Origin: Fistulifera solaris
Taxonomy: Eukaryota
Reading direction: 5' to 3'
Length of the DNA stretch: 64,000 nucleotides
Assembly: GCA_030295235.1 (NCBI GenBank)
Contig: AP026180.1
Coordinates: 1 to 64,000, forward strand
Made by a program: the position numbers and the translations under genes. A model generated the notes under the pieces. It saw only the letters and a list, made by a program, of their open reading frames with translations. It ran no database searches and was not told where the DNA came from. This document shows positions 38,857-52,968 of this stretch, in pieces (position 1 is the stretch's first letter; every line of letters begins with the position of its first letter).

Positions 38857-39138
38857 ATGTCAATTTACGAAGAAGTCGAAATTGAGGACATGTTCTTTGA
38901 CGAAGAGCAGTTGGTGTACACGTATCCCTGTCCGTGTGGAGACAAATTCCGCATTACCCTCGAAGAGTTGCACGACGGAGAAGACATTGCCAAATGTCCT
39001 TCGTGCACACTGCGGATTATGGTGATTTATGAAGAAGCGGATCTTCCGGAATTGCCTGAGGACGACGATGAAGATGTAGAGGAAGAAGAAACAAACGAAA
39101 TCACCCAACAGTTGCAATCCGTCTCGGTCAAGGGATGA
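38857..39138 (+). CDS. DPH3: Diphthamide biosynthesis protein 3 / KTI11 (CSL zinc finger)
   Basis: [18 protein letters not shown] and CPSCTL; acidic tail. Confidence 0.95.
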   Translation: MSIYEEVEIEDMFFDEEQLVYTYPCPCGDKFRITLEELHDGEDIAKCPSCTLRIMVIYEEADLPELPEDDDEDVEEEETNEITQQLQSVSVKG

Positions 39139-39596
39139 ACACAAAATTTTAATATCAGTCACATGAAAATGGGCAACGACACCCGCAGGTACGTGGAATC
39201 ATGTTCATCAACACACACGCTTGGCCAGCTAGCCGAGGTATGCTATCATTCACATACCTTGGCCCGTTCATTTCCGAGCCATACTACGGTCCGCGACCCG
39301 AAGATGACCCGAGAGAGTCGAGGACTTCATCATCCTTGCCTTTCCATCGGGTTGTCGCTGAGATTGCATCACTAAAATGGTGATGGGTAACATTCTTTTC
39401 AGTCGGTTCGCTACATTTTTTTGTTAACGTATCTGACATTCCGTGTCGTCATGTGTCATGTACAGAATGCTCCAGCAAAACATACTTTTACAAATCGAAT
39501 GCACGTATATACGAGCTACAGCAAATTAGGATTCAGATACTCGGGTGACGAAACATTCTTTCCTATAAAAAACAGCTGGAAGGCTTACGGTCTCTC

Positions 39597-40553
39597 TCAA
39601 ATGTCTCGATACGCATAATGTTCCGTGTCCATGTCCAACGCCGACAGATCCAAATCCGCCAAAATCGCCTCGTGAGCCCAGATGGTTTCACCCCAGCTCC
39701 GTAACTTTTTCAGTAACTTATAGCCATGGCGATCTAATAAGCTACATAATTCATCGTCGGGGCGTTCAATCGTCAATAAATTGAAACGATACCGGTCAAA
39801 GGGAAAGGTCGACATGACAAAAGATTCCGCTCCCTCCACATCCAACGACAAATAATCCATGACCGTCGGCGCACGAAAGTACTCCAAAATGTGCGCGAGT
39901 GTTACAGTAAACCGCAACTGGTCTTCCCCTGTTTGGACAGTATTATCAAATTTCTGATTGACGATCCCTCCTTTCGGGGCCGCGCGATGGGGGAACCGGA
40001 ACCGCACTTCTTCCATCATTTGTTTTCCAACGACGGCCGCAATAATCGTACAACCCGGACGATACGCCAACCCGGCCCAGTAGACGGAATTCGCTTCCAA
40101 ACACAGACCGTTCCATCCGTGATGGGTTTCTAAGGCGAACGTATTCGAGATGCGGACCGCGTCATTCGACGCCAAGTCGACGAAATAGCCGTTCCGCTTG
40201 CCTCGCAGCAATCGACTCACCAGTTCGTCTTGTTGGACTTGTGAAAACCATTGTTTGGTCAGTAACGAAGCGGCCGGCAATTGGGTGACTTGATTGAGGT
40301 GAGTTGTATTGCCATAGAAAACGTGAATGGTATTCCATCTTGTTGATGGATCTGTTGTTTTTGTTGGTGGTGACTGTTGTATACAGTTTTGAGTTTGTTC
40401 GATTCGACGAATCGTTTGTGTTGAGAGTGTTGAAAGAAAAGACGAAGCCATGAATCCCAAACAAATGCCCATGACGAGAAAAGAAATGTTGTTGAGAGAG
40501 AGTCGTCGACATCGTGGCTGCGGTCGACGAATGGATGCAGATCGGAACGTCAT
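39597..40553 (-). CDS. FkbM-like methyltransferase, type II membrane protein
   Basis: N-terminal TM helix; SQVQQD, GYFVDLASND..ISNT, WNGLCLEAN and DYLSLDVEGAE. Confidence 0.85.
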   Translation of the reverse strand: MTFRSASIRRPQPRCRRLSLNNISFLVMGICLGFMASSFLSTLSTQTIRRIEQTQNCIQQSPPTKTTDPSTRWNTIHVFYGNTTHLNQVTQLPAASLLTKQWFSQVQQDELVSRLLRGKRNGYFVDLASNDAVRISNTFALETHHGWNGLCLEANSVYWAGLAYRPGCTIIAAVVGKQMMEEVRFRFPHRAAPKGGIVNQKFDNTVQTGEDQLRFTVTLAHILEYFRAPTVMDYLSLDVEGAESFVMSTFPFDRYRFNLLTIERPDDELCSLLDRHGYKLLKKLRSWGETIWAHEAILADLDLSALDMDTEHYAYRDI

Positions 40554-41094
40554 TTTGAACGTTGAATCAATCGTTTGTTATCTGTCGCCAACAAAATTCA
40601 AATAAGAGAGTCTTGGCTGCTGCGAATATTGCTGAATCCATTATTTCGCCGGAAAACAAAGTGTGCGGCCGTTGTCATTGCCCGAAAAAATTCAAACCAA
40701 TTTTTTCGTTGTGGGTTGAAAACCTGAGCGACAGCTCGTCAAAGCATTATGGTGTGAAGTGTTGTCGGTTTTTCGCCAAGACTGGACTTTTTACGGATGA
40801 TTTGAAGTGCAACAAAGTGAAGCCGTCCTTTCCCTTCTTGTCAAGAGGCATCATTTTCGGTTACATTTGTAATGCAAGGATCGAAGACCGGAGGCCAACA
40901 ATCCTTTCAGGTCGTCCTCCATTAAATTACCATAAACAGAAGAGTAATGGGTAATGGGTTTTCTTTGTCCATTAGTTAGACCAGCGAAGGGATCTCTTCA
41001 TTTTGATTTTATGATTTGCACTCAATACGGCCCTCAACTATCTGACAGATCCTTAGATTGTTAACATTAGAGCCTTATCACTATAACGTTTATT

Positions 41095-42072
41095 TTAAAG
41101 CGTCACAACCGTTCCGCCGGTGCCACTTCCCATACCATCCGCACCGCCACCAAGAACTTCTTTCAATAAGGCATGAGGAACTCGTCCATCCGTAATGAAT
41201 GCGCCTTGTACACCCAACTCAACAGCACTCGTGGCAAAGGATACCTTCGGAATCATACCTCCGGTGATGGTCTCATCCGCAATCAGATCTTTAATTTCGG
41301 CAATACTCAATTTGGGGAACAGCTCCTTGTCCTTGTTGAGCACTCCCGCAATATCCGTCAAAAGAGAACACGCGCCGCTTTGATTTCACCCGCAATACGA
41401 CCCGCCGCAACGTCGGCGTTGACATTAATAGGCGGTCTCGTCCCCCGGAAGGCCCGTGCCGATCGGACTAACGACGGGGCAGATACCACAGTCTAACAGT
41501 TGACTCAAAGTCGCCGTATTCACCACTTCGACTCGTCCCACATTCCCTAAATCATATCCATCTTTATTGATTTCTTTGACACACTGCAATATACGGTCGT
41601 CACGTCCGGACACGCCAATCGCTCGGCCTCCGGCGGCACAAATTTTGGACGAAATTTCTTTGTTGACCGCCCCACACAAGACCATCTCGGCCACATCGAC
41701 CACTTCCGGGGAACTGACGCGCATCCCGCCTTCAAAGCGCGACTCGACGCCGACCTTTTCCAACATTTGGTTGATTTGCGGACCGCCACCGTGTACCACA
41801 ATGACGCGGATGCCCAAATTTTGTAAAGCCGCGACATCTTGACAGAACATGGTTTTGAGTTCGGCCGATGTCATGGCGTTGCCGCCGTATTTCACCACAA
41901 TGGTTTGTCCTCGTAAGGAAGCCGCGGCTCCGGCAATGGTCAAGGCGGCATCGGCGAATGAGTCTTCTTCGGCCAAGAGAAATGTTGTGCGAAAAGCAGG
42001 ACGAGGCGTCACAAAGGCGAGCGTTCCTTGTGCGAGAGCAGTGAATACTGCAACGACTCGAAGAATCTTCAT
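41095..42072 (-). CDS. argB: Acetylglutamate kinase, plastid-targeted; apparent indels near 41427 and 41365
   Basis: VVKYGGNAM, VHGGGPQI, NVNADVAAG and GGMIPKV; signal peptide plus LA-F. Confidence 0.95.
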
Positions 42073-42417
42073 TGTGAATTTGTTTTCTCCAGTTCGGCTT
42101 TTTTTTTACAAAGAGTGGGGTGTTGTCGAGAGAAATCCAAAAAGGGAATGTTTTTTCTTGATGTCGTCGGTCCGTAGTGCCGTCCTTGTTGCAGTTGCAC
42201 GCGATCGTTCCGATTGACGATTGATTGGCAACCCCATCCGCGTGTCCGACAGGTACTTGTTCACCGTCTGGCCTTGTCACGGTAGAAATCGGACACCGGA
42301 ACCAACAAAACAAAATATTGCACCCCTTTTCTTTTCTTGTATTATCACGGAAAATCAAGAGGACCATTCTATCCAAAGATCGTACAAGAATCATTCATCT
42401 CTGGTATAGACAAAAAG

Positions 42418-42788
42418 ATGGCAAAGAAGAATAAAAAGGAGAAAAAAGAGCCCCCAGAGCGAGAAAAAGAAATCATTGATTACCATGGAAGATTTAGAAG
42501 AAATGTCCGGTGATGAATTGCCCCCGGAAGACGAATGGGATGACGAGGCGAAAGCTTTGAAAGAAGCCATTTTGGGAGGTGCTTATGATCATCTTTTAAA
42601 ACGAGAAGACGGTGGTGATGACGAATCCATCGAAGAAATTGAAGTTGGATCCTCCGATGATGATACCGATGGCGAAATCGACAACAAGGGAGACAAAGAA
42701 GTTGTCGAAGATGATTCTCAAAGCCATTCTTCGGAAGAAGCATCCGAATCGGAAAACGAAGAAGTCGGAGAAGAAGAGCACGATGAAC

Positions 42789-42819
<31 letters not shown>

Positions 42820-43709
42820 TGAAGCATCTTCCGATGAAGAGGACAGCGGTAGCGACAGCGACGACGACGAAGAATCCGATGTTGACCAATCCTCGAAGCA
42901 ACAGAGTGGGTCAAAAGCCCTTCATATTATCACCAATCAGCTCATAGCCGAAAAATCAGGCTGGCCCTGGGCGGAGACGTTTGCTGTTGTTGCAACAACG
43001 CCACTCCCGTTCCATGTGGAAGGCGAAGAGCACGTGGATATTCATGACGACCTCAAGCGTGAGGTCGCCTTTTATGACATGGCATTGGCCTCCGTATTTC
43101 AAGCGCGAGAGCAATGTAAGAAAGCAGGCATTCCGATCAGTCGTCCCGCCGACTTTTTCGCCGAAATGGTCAAGTCCGACGGTGAGTGAATAATGAATGT
43201 GTAACGTTCCGGTGATCTCTCTTGTTTCTCACACACTTTCACCAACAGAACACATGGCTCGCGTCAAGGACCGTCTCATTTTTGAAACCAAAAAGATTGA
43301 TGCTGTCAATCAAAGAAAATCAAACAAGGAACACAAATTGCGCAGCAAGGAAGCGCAGGCCAACAAATTGGCCGAAAAAGCCAAGAGGAAGAAGGACCAT
43401 TTCAAGGCCGTCGAAGAATGGGCCAACTCGGCCGAACGAGGTCAAGACAATCGTCTCATGGATGCCTTGAATGGAAAGAACAAGGGACCCAACAAGAAAC
43501 GTCAACTGGCCGACAAGAAGTACGGCTTTGGCGGCAAGCGAGGACGATTCAAACAGAATGACCCCAAGTCCATGAACGACATGTCCGGATACAACCCGAG
43601 GGGTAACTTTTCCGGGGGAATGAAGAAAACGAGCAAAAGTTCGAACGCCGGCGCTGGACGAAAGGGAAAGCGCGCACGAGATGCTAGTAGATCACGCCAG
43701 AGAAACTGA
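42418..43709 (+). CDS. EBP2: rRNA-processing protein EBP2
   Basis: Acidic N-terminus; DDLKREVAFY, RPADFFAEMVKSD/EHM (intron ~43183-43248) and KYGFGG; frameshift near 42450. Confidence 0.93.
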
Positions 43710-43860
43710 ATAATCTTTAGTCATTAGCCATTTCAACATCACAATGAGTTTACCGTTATTTAGTTAAGATCTCTATTGCCGTTTATCCGCTGTGAAATGA
43801 ATACAAGAGTTAGAAACAGAGAAGGACGTGATCCAGATGAGACAATAATATCAAAAATAC

Positions 43861-44775
<915 letters not shown>

Positions 44776-45449
44776 GGTCAAAAACTGCTTTGTTTCAAAA
44801 AAGACCGAACCAGCAGATTTTGTCCCTCAACGCAAACAAAGTGATGATTCTTGCGAGCGACGCTCGCTCGAAGCGTGGGCTGATCAATGACTGACTCGGA
44901 CTCCTCTCCACAAATAATGTCCCAATGCCGAATTCCTCCTCGCCGTGTACGACCCGTACTCAAGTCTACGAGAACGGCACCTCCGAATGCGACCGTTGAG
45001 GTCGAAAAAATGCCACAGTATGACCCAAGAAGTACAAAAAATTTTAGTAAGCGGTCCAATCGATGCGAATGTTTACTGTCAACGAGACAGTGGAGACGGC
45101 GTTTTTCGAGCCGAAATCGCATGACTCGTGACTTATGATTCGCGACTTCTCGCTATCCCTTTTTCGTCGAGCCCCCAAATACGAGTCCACTTGACTCTTG
45201 TTTCATATCCATCAACTATTGACATTCTGGAACATTGCGCTGCGTGTCTGGAGTGCTAGTCATTGCACTGCACACGTCTCTGGATCTTGGTTAGAATTGC
45301 TCTTGACTCGGAATGATCAAGGCTGGCCGCAACCAGACAAGAGCGAGATACTCATGATAAAACTTAAACGATAGTTAACAAGACACCTTCACCATAGCAA
45401 ACATTAGAATTCAGAATCATCGTTAACAAAAACTAGCTTAATGCGCAAC

Positions 45450-47099
45450 CTATCGGATCAGGTTTTCTACCTCCAATTCCGAAGCGAGATTTTCGTACCA
45501 TTGTTGCTCTCGCTCCGCCCGATCTTGTCGATCGGCTAGTGCTATAAACGGCTCGACTACTTTTCCTTCCGTATCCAAATGTAGCTGATTCATCATTTGC
45601 TCGTACGTTCGCTTGGTAATATATTGTTGTTTTCGAGACAAGAGTTGATCGAGCATGTGCTCCATTCGCACCAGCAGAAGCATATTGCCGTAACCGTCCG
45701 AGTGAATCTTATCGTGGACCTTCCACCAAAGCTTGCGTGTTTCGACCACCAACGGATCTTTGGACACCCGCGTGCTCTCGGGTTCGCGGCCGAATTCCCA
45801 ACCAAACGACTTTCCAATGTTGGCGAGAATGATGCGCTGCCAATCACGATTCGTTTTGTCTCGCTTCTTTTGAATATCTTGCAGACGCTCTAAATCGCCC
45901 AAGTACACACCGTGAAAGCCTTGCGCGTGACTGGTTCCCCACGTGAAACTAACCGATGGATGAGACTACAAAATGGCATACAAGCGGGAGAACCGACGAA
46001 GTACACTTACCCTTTGGGTTGCACCATATATTGAAACTCAAGTTCAATGTGTGGATCCACCGGCTTCATATCCTTATCTAGCCGATAGAGGGAGGGGAAT
46101 GCCGGTTGGTATGGTCATTCCTTTAATATCCTCGTCACTGATGTTGTCAATATGCTTTACCAAGGTACGAATGGTGTTCGCGTGCGATACAATCATGCAT
46201 CGATTACCAGCTCTCATCGATGGGACGATAACCGAGTTAAAAAACGGCATGATCCGGTTGGCGGCATCTTTCAATGATTCTGCTCGAGAGGCTTCCAATT
46301 GTTCTGCTGAAAGTGAACGATACCTGTTGTGCGATTTAGTACATATTCAGTTGAATTCAAACAATAGTCATACCTAATCCATAATGTCGTACCTTCGGTC
46401 ATTCCCGTGCCAATGTTTATGATCATTTTCCATTCGCGGTGGCCGCACATCGTACGCTCGTCTCATTTGCATCACGAGCTCTTGATCGAGTCCGATCTCT
46501 TCATACGCCGTATCCTTGTTGTGCCCTTGTAAAGCCCCATAGTGACGCTCATTCAAACGCCACGATTTCGTGACAGGAATCCAGTGTTGTTTGGAGGTAT
46601 TCAATGCCATATTACAACTGAACGAAGCTCTCCGCAAAACAGAGGTGAACGCATGATCAATTTCAATTTGATTTTCGTACAAAAGTCTCCCCGCAGTTCG
46701 AGCTTCCATGCGACCTCGATCGGTCAAATTGACATCACACCAACCCGTATATCGATTCTGTAAATTCCATTCCGATTCGCCGTGTCGTAACAATACGAGA
46801 GTGTATAACGATTCTTCACCGTAATCCGCCAATCGGAAGGGTGGTGGAGGAGTATCGCAAGGCACCAAACCATTCCAAAACATGCTAGGAGGTATCGCCG
46901 TATTGAGTGTCGTCGATACCGCCGGTGTTTCTCTCCGAGCTTTGACCCCGCGAGGCGTTTCTTTTAGTTTAACAGGTCCGCTTCGTTTCTTGGGGGCGCC
47001 GGAATCACCATTCTCGTTCGAAGAAGAAAACAAGCGGACGCACAGATTACTGTCCCCCAAAAGAGCCCTCTGACTACGCCGCCGAAATGAAGTTATCAT
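45450..47099 (-). CDS. Cofactor-dependent phosphoglycerate mutase with a mitochondrial-type presequence and a C-terminal extension
   Basis: LLRHGESEWN, YTGWCDV, LNERHYGALQG, ESLKD, SHAN and IPTGIP; Arg/Ser-rich N-terminus; two introns. Confidence 0.92.
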
Positions 47100-47358
47100 T
47101 ATTTTACAGTTTGTGTAAATAACTAGCTACGACAGGAGGCTGTTGTCAGTGAGCCTTGCTCATTTACAATTATAAATAATATTGTCGATTTTGTTGATGT
47201 CGATGCTTTCTGCCTTCAACGTTTCCAGTCCATCATCGTGACAACAAAAATGAGTCACGAAATTGACGAAATAACAAAAATGGTTAAGGACCCAAGGGCT
47301 TCATCATCAACATAGTCTAGTTGTTTTACTAAAGAACATTTATCAACATCAGTTGTAA

Positions 47359-50300
47359 TTATGAATTTAGTTTTAATTCCCTTTTCATGAGATAGACTCG
47401 ACCGTCACTTCTATTAGACAGATGCTGATGTTTTATAACGACATCAATCCATCGATCACCCCGTTTTACCTGGTGGCGACCCCGTGGAGTCGAGTAGCGC
47501 TGAAGTAATCCAAGGCGTGCTACATCCACCACATTTTGATGGACTCGACGGCTCCAGTTAGGAAGATGAGCCGGGAGACTCACTGATGGATCGGCTGGAA
47601 TACGCTTCAAACTTTTTCGTGATGGAGGTATAAGATATATGTCGACAGACCCTTTCAGCTCAGGAAACAGTTCCTTCATCAATTGGACCGAAGAGGCAGC
47701 CGTCGTAAACGATTGCCCTTGTGGAATCTAAAGTCAGACAAAGATGAGTGGCAGTAACATGATGCGCGTGGTGAGACTTACAGACATTCTGAGCAAGCCA
47801 CGTTTTCTTGTACCGCATTTTCGTAGGACAACCGAGATCACGGCAGAATGTTTTCAGCAACTCATCATCATCTTTCAAAACCAAACGCTCATAAACCTGT
47901 AGGCGCTCGGTAGCTTCTCGACTACTGCGGGCATATTTGGGGACGTCCGTGTACTCGCAGGATACGCGGACTTGTCGTGCCATCCGGTACAACTCCATCT
48001 TGAGTCCTAATTCAAGATTCAGTTGCTCGTCGTCAAATCTGTCAATTGGGCGGCTTTTGTTGGAAACAAACAAGTCCGTGCTTCGATGCAAATTATTCCA
48101 AAGTCGTCGTAGTTCCTCTTCCAAAAAGGCGTGTTGCAAAAGTAACCTCCCTGATGAACAAGACCAAACCAAAGTCCGATGAGTCAAGGGTGTGTGGTCG
48201 TGCTTCCACAACTCGAAAACACACTTTCGATAAACTTGAATTCTTCTAGGTAGTACGGTGCGAAAGAGCTGTTTTCGGAGAAGCCGACCACGCATACAGG
48301 CCTGGATACGCGTCAGAGCTTTCTTAAGCCATTCATAAGCGATTCGCACTTTCCGTCCCCGGACATGGGCTGCAATTCGGCTCGCTAACCACCGAGTAGT
48401 TCGTAAGTGCTTTTTCAGTACTACACCGCGGAAGAAGTGTTGCAATGTATGTGCTCCCACGTCAGGACTCATCGCCTTCGAAGCCATTTTCCCCATAGGA
48501 AAAGCCCTCGATTCCGTCTGTCGATTTTTTCTTGTTTGAGATATACAAGCGCCCATGTCGCTGCAATTCCATGAAAATTCCGAGTAGAATGCTCTGCTTC
48601 CTTCGAGTATTCCATATCATTTCTTGACTTTCCGTGTTGCGTTGAAAGGAGAGATTGCTAGATGCGTTTCTACGTTGTAGTCCGCGGAGACTGCGGGCTG
48701 TGGGCGACGGTCCAAAAGGAGCCATCATGTTGCCGAGAGCTTGTTCCAACCGTGCCATGACACTAAAGGGTTGTTTTTGGGCAGCTTGTTGAAACAAGCG
48801 CTGTGAATAATTTTGCCAAGGATGCAAATCAGCAATAAGGCCGTCCCCAGATATCGCAGCACTTCGTGTATTAGCTGAATAATCGAATTGCCTGGGTGCC
48901 TGTAGAGGTCCGATCAAAGATAAATCCAAAGTAGGAAAGGAAGCATATTGCCAAGTACTTTGATCTGCTGGCAAGCCTATGTGCGATGGAGGCGGCGGGG
49001 TGTACGTTTCAAGAAGAACCTGCTCCAGCTCGTTGGGTAAATAGGAAGAGGATTGATTGCTCATTTGTCGCTGCAAGACACGTTTCATGTAAACACTTTT
49101 CGCTCGAATCGCTTCATCCAAAAATTGCACACGAGGTGAGGGTGGCTCTTGGTGACACTCCTGCAAAAGGAACTGAATAATTGCGTGTCCAACACGCTCT
49201 TGACATAGTTTTGTTGCTTGGCGTTGACTGAGAGACTCGCCACAAATGCACTGTATTGAAAAGATTCTTCATCGGGGCGAATAAATTGTCGATAATCTCG
49301 AAACACCGAAACAAAGAACTTGAAGAACGAGGATCGGATATCACTGGAACAAAACCCATCTGGATCTTGCAACGAGAAGAGATCGCTATCTTCCACATTA
49401 TTTCTGGGAGATGTGTTGACGGATGAACCCGTTTTCGATCGTGCTCTCCTCTTTCTGGGAAACCTCGAGCTTGACAAAGATGATTTCGCAGAAGGGGATG
49501 CTGTCGCCCTAGGGCTACTAGCAGTTATAGACATGGCTCCTTGTTCTATCAGTCGTACAGGTTGATACAATTCGACGTCACGGTAGGCGCGATTGATCGA
49601 GCCCAAGATTTCTTCCCTTGTTTGAGATCGATTGGATAATAGTTCGACTGGCAAAAATTGTGCGTATCTGAAGCCCATTCCATTGCCGTAACTACTTCGA
49701 AATTTGCTTCCCGGAAACACACTACCAGAATCATCCATACAACCGCATGGCATGTAAAGTCCTGCAGCGCAATTGAGCAAACGGTCCTTCAATTTATTTG
49801 CGTCTCGTTCGGGCAACGCCGGCAACCCACCGCAACCACCACCTAGAATGACCTGATCCGTATCCAGTCCGACCCACACAATATCATCATCCTGTGGTCG
49901 GTTCGTCGGAAGCGGACCCTGCAGTCCCAACAAGAAAGGAACCGGTGCCTCTAACAATTCCACCATATGTTTTGGCATGACGGGCAGATAGACGCCCTGC
50001 CATTGAAAGGGATACAGCAAACTCAATAAGGCTTCTGCTACCGGCGTCAACAAGCTACTGTTTTCTTGTTGCGTGCACAAGACGACTTTCTGTTCCCGGA
50101 GTAAACATCCCCAAACGATGAGAATATGACTGATCCGCAAACACGAGAACAATGGCTGAAAAGAAAAATCGCGCAACGGCCAGCGTCCCGATGGCGAAAT
50201 TGTCCAGGGCGGTGCCGCCGTGGTATAAGAAAGCTGGATTTGTACATGGGGCGGTGGGATTGGTACTTGCGCTACAAAATGAGCGATGTAGCGTTCAAGT

Positions 50301-51436
50301 GGCAAGGGAGCGGGAGTCAAGGCCACGCGATAAATCAAACACAAGAATTTGCGAAACAAATCCCAATAAGGATGATAGCTCAAAAGCACCAAGCATTTGG
50401 GAAGAAAGAGTTCTTGCAGTGGTTGTTTCAATTTGGTGGGTAGATGGTGTTTGCGAGGTGGATGCAACGACGCACTCTCCCAAATATCGTACAAGTGCTG
50501 CGCGTCGTGCACATCGTCGTATACTTGCAGAACCGCTCCATACAAACGTTCTCCGGTACCGGTCGTGACACAAAACGTGAAAAAGGAAGGGGGTGACCGA
50601 CACACCCGGGCATGACATCCCTGGGGAAAGACGAGTAAGCCCAAATGCGACGGAAAGTCGTCCTCAGGTTCCGGAAAGCAGTCGGCCACTTGGGGAGCTA
50701 AAAATATTTGTTCCGGATGTGGCGGTTGTGTCTGATGATTTTGTTTCAGATTCATTGTCATTAGAACAGTATCCAGCGTCTCGGAAGGAGTCAATACACA
50801 AAAATAACGAATCAATCGATTCTTTTGCAAATCAGTGTTCTGTGAGTGCGTCGTGGTGGATTGATGCGTAGAGCGTGAAAACGAGGATTCCAAATGACAC
50901 AACTGCGGATACTGTTGGTCCCAGTGATGTCTTTGTAGTATATTCTTCCAAGCCTGTTTCGCCATGTCATGATGTTGCGTGGGAGGCAAACAAAAAGCCA
51001 AGGCTTCGTACTTGGCTCGCACAAAGAGCCATCGTTCCGCTTTGGAGCAGTCACTGGACGGCCGTGGAAGGATACTCGGGTTGTAGTACGCTTCCAGTGT
51101 TTGCGCGGCACGTTGATTGTGAATGTAGGGCAGCATGGCCGGCGGAGGTCGCGGGACGTGCTGGTACAGCAGCAAATCGTGTGCGTCGGCACACAAAGAA
51201 CAAATTAAGACTCCTGTGAATGCAACACGATCGGCCGCCTCATCGGCTGGATCTGGCACTGTACTGCCTTCTTCTACCAGAATACTGTTGTCATCGTCCG
51301 TGTCATGTCGGGGAAAGGATACAAACACTTGTGATGCATCGACCAAAATGCTATGACAATCAGCACAGACTCGATTCGACGGAATAGAAAGCAACTGATT
51401 CAATGTCGCTGATGTGCTGCTAGTATCAGGAATCAT
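47359..51436 (-). CDS. DENN-domain protein with an N-terminal ArfGAP-like zinc finger and C-terminal IQ-like motifs; frameshifted, one 3' intron
   Basis: NRVCADC..GVLICSLC..FVRAKYE; uDENN/DENN/dDENN motifs (VFPQG, PKCLVLLS, LLYPFQWQGVYLPVMP, APVPFLLG, FFVSVFRDY, TQLF); IQACMRG. Confidence 0.85.
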
Positions 51437-51616
51437 TTCGATTGCACATGGTGACAAACGGCCAAAGAGCAACGCTTTTTGTGGAGCACAAGTTTTTTAT
51501 CATCATGGTCAACTTTTTGCGTGTGAGTGCGTGCATTCAAAAAAGCATTCAGTCTGTGACTAAATTCACTCGGGAACCATGTAAAAGAGTGCTTTCCCAA
51601 GTGGCACATAAATCCG

Positions 51617-52004
51617 ATTTCCACTATGAAACGGAGTGTTGGTTTACGCCAGCCAAGACTGGATTGTACAGTACCCGGTAGTCATGAACCGAACAACAAA
51701 GGGTTCCGTTTTGCGTCTCTCGCGTCCGTCTATTTTGATTCAAGTGCGAATATACGGAGTAGTTATATTTACGGGTAAATAAATGCGCAACAACGATGAT
51801 TTTGAACTACTTGTTAAGAGTTTCTTTTATTTTCACGTCGAAATAATCCGAGGATCGACACATTGAATTTCCACTATGAAACGGAGTGTTGGTTTACGCC
51901 AGCCAAGACTGGATTGTACAGTACCCGGTAGTCATGAACCGAACAACAAAGGGTTCCGTTTTGCGTCTCTCGCATCCGTCCATTTTGATTCAAGTGCGAA
52001 TATA
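51617..52004. repeat. Near-perfect direct repeat, 138 bp x2 (51617-51754, 51867-52004)
   Basis: Two substitutions seen (51724/51974 and 51731/51981); offset 250. Confidence 0.95.
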
Positions 52005-52109
52005 ATTATAAACACGGGTAAGGCATTCGTTGCACCATACGCCACAAAAACTAATCACTTTCAAATTTATACGAAATGATCGGAAAAGGCGATTGCTGCA
52101 ACCTGAAAA

Positions 52110-52358
52110 GTCTACGTCACTTTCACGTAGGCCCCGTAGGAATTTTATCGATGCAGGTAGCACTCGGAACCCATAAAAAAAGACCTCATTTTTTCGGGCC
52201 CAACAGCATCAAAATTTATTGTAATTTTCCCAACACGCATGCATAGAGACATCATGTAATGATTGACTTTCATTAGAACACTAACGAAAAAGAGAGCATA
52301 CTTAATGTTGCGAATGTCTACGTTGAGTTCACGTAAGCCCCGTAGGGAAATTTATCGA
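52110..52358. repeat. Imperfect direct repeat, about 42 bp x2 (52110-52151, 52316-52358)
   Basis: GTCTACGT....TTCACGTA.GCCCCGTAGG..A.TTTATCGA in both copies; offset 206. Confidence 0.8.
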
Positions 52359-52968
52359 CAGAACGAGACCCGGATAATGTTTTTAATTTTTCATGATACC
52401 TGGTATCATTAGACCCCCTACTTTGAGGGTCCAGACAACAGTAATCGAGTCTCGAATGTTCTAAAATGTTCTCCCATGCTGAAAGGTAATGCATCTTAGC
52501 AATAGTAATTAGCGCGTCCTTTTTAAAAAGTAGAATAAGCTCGGATAACTACGGCGAAATGTTCACGATCTCGGACCAGTCTCCACGAAAAACGTTGTTA
52601 TGAAGAGCGGTTTAATTTTAAACAGTGCTTGGTCAGTAATTACTTACTTTTCATTCTCTCTCAATGAAGTAAGACTCTTTTGTTGCCAAAACAACATGGT
52701 CATCTTTGTTGGTAGCGGATGGACAGACAGGCGGCTGACATCACCGGCTCTATCACCACACAAGCAGTACTACTATGGCTTGGAATGTAGTCACCCCCGC
52801 CGCGAAAACGACATCGTGTCTCGCGTCTCGCCATCAAATATGAACTGCAACGACGAAACGAGACGAGATGCAAAAGCAACAAAACTCAATCTTACGAGAT
52901 AGAAGGATCGGAAGTGCATTTACTATACAACAAACGAAAGAAAGGATTATCCGCCCCTCAATAGAACC

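Noticed and set aside
39163..39383. Short ORFs downstream of DPH3
   Set aside because: No recognisable homology; could be a gene fragment but cannot be supported.
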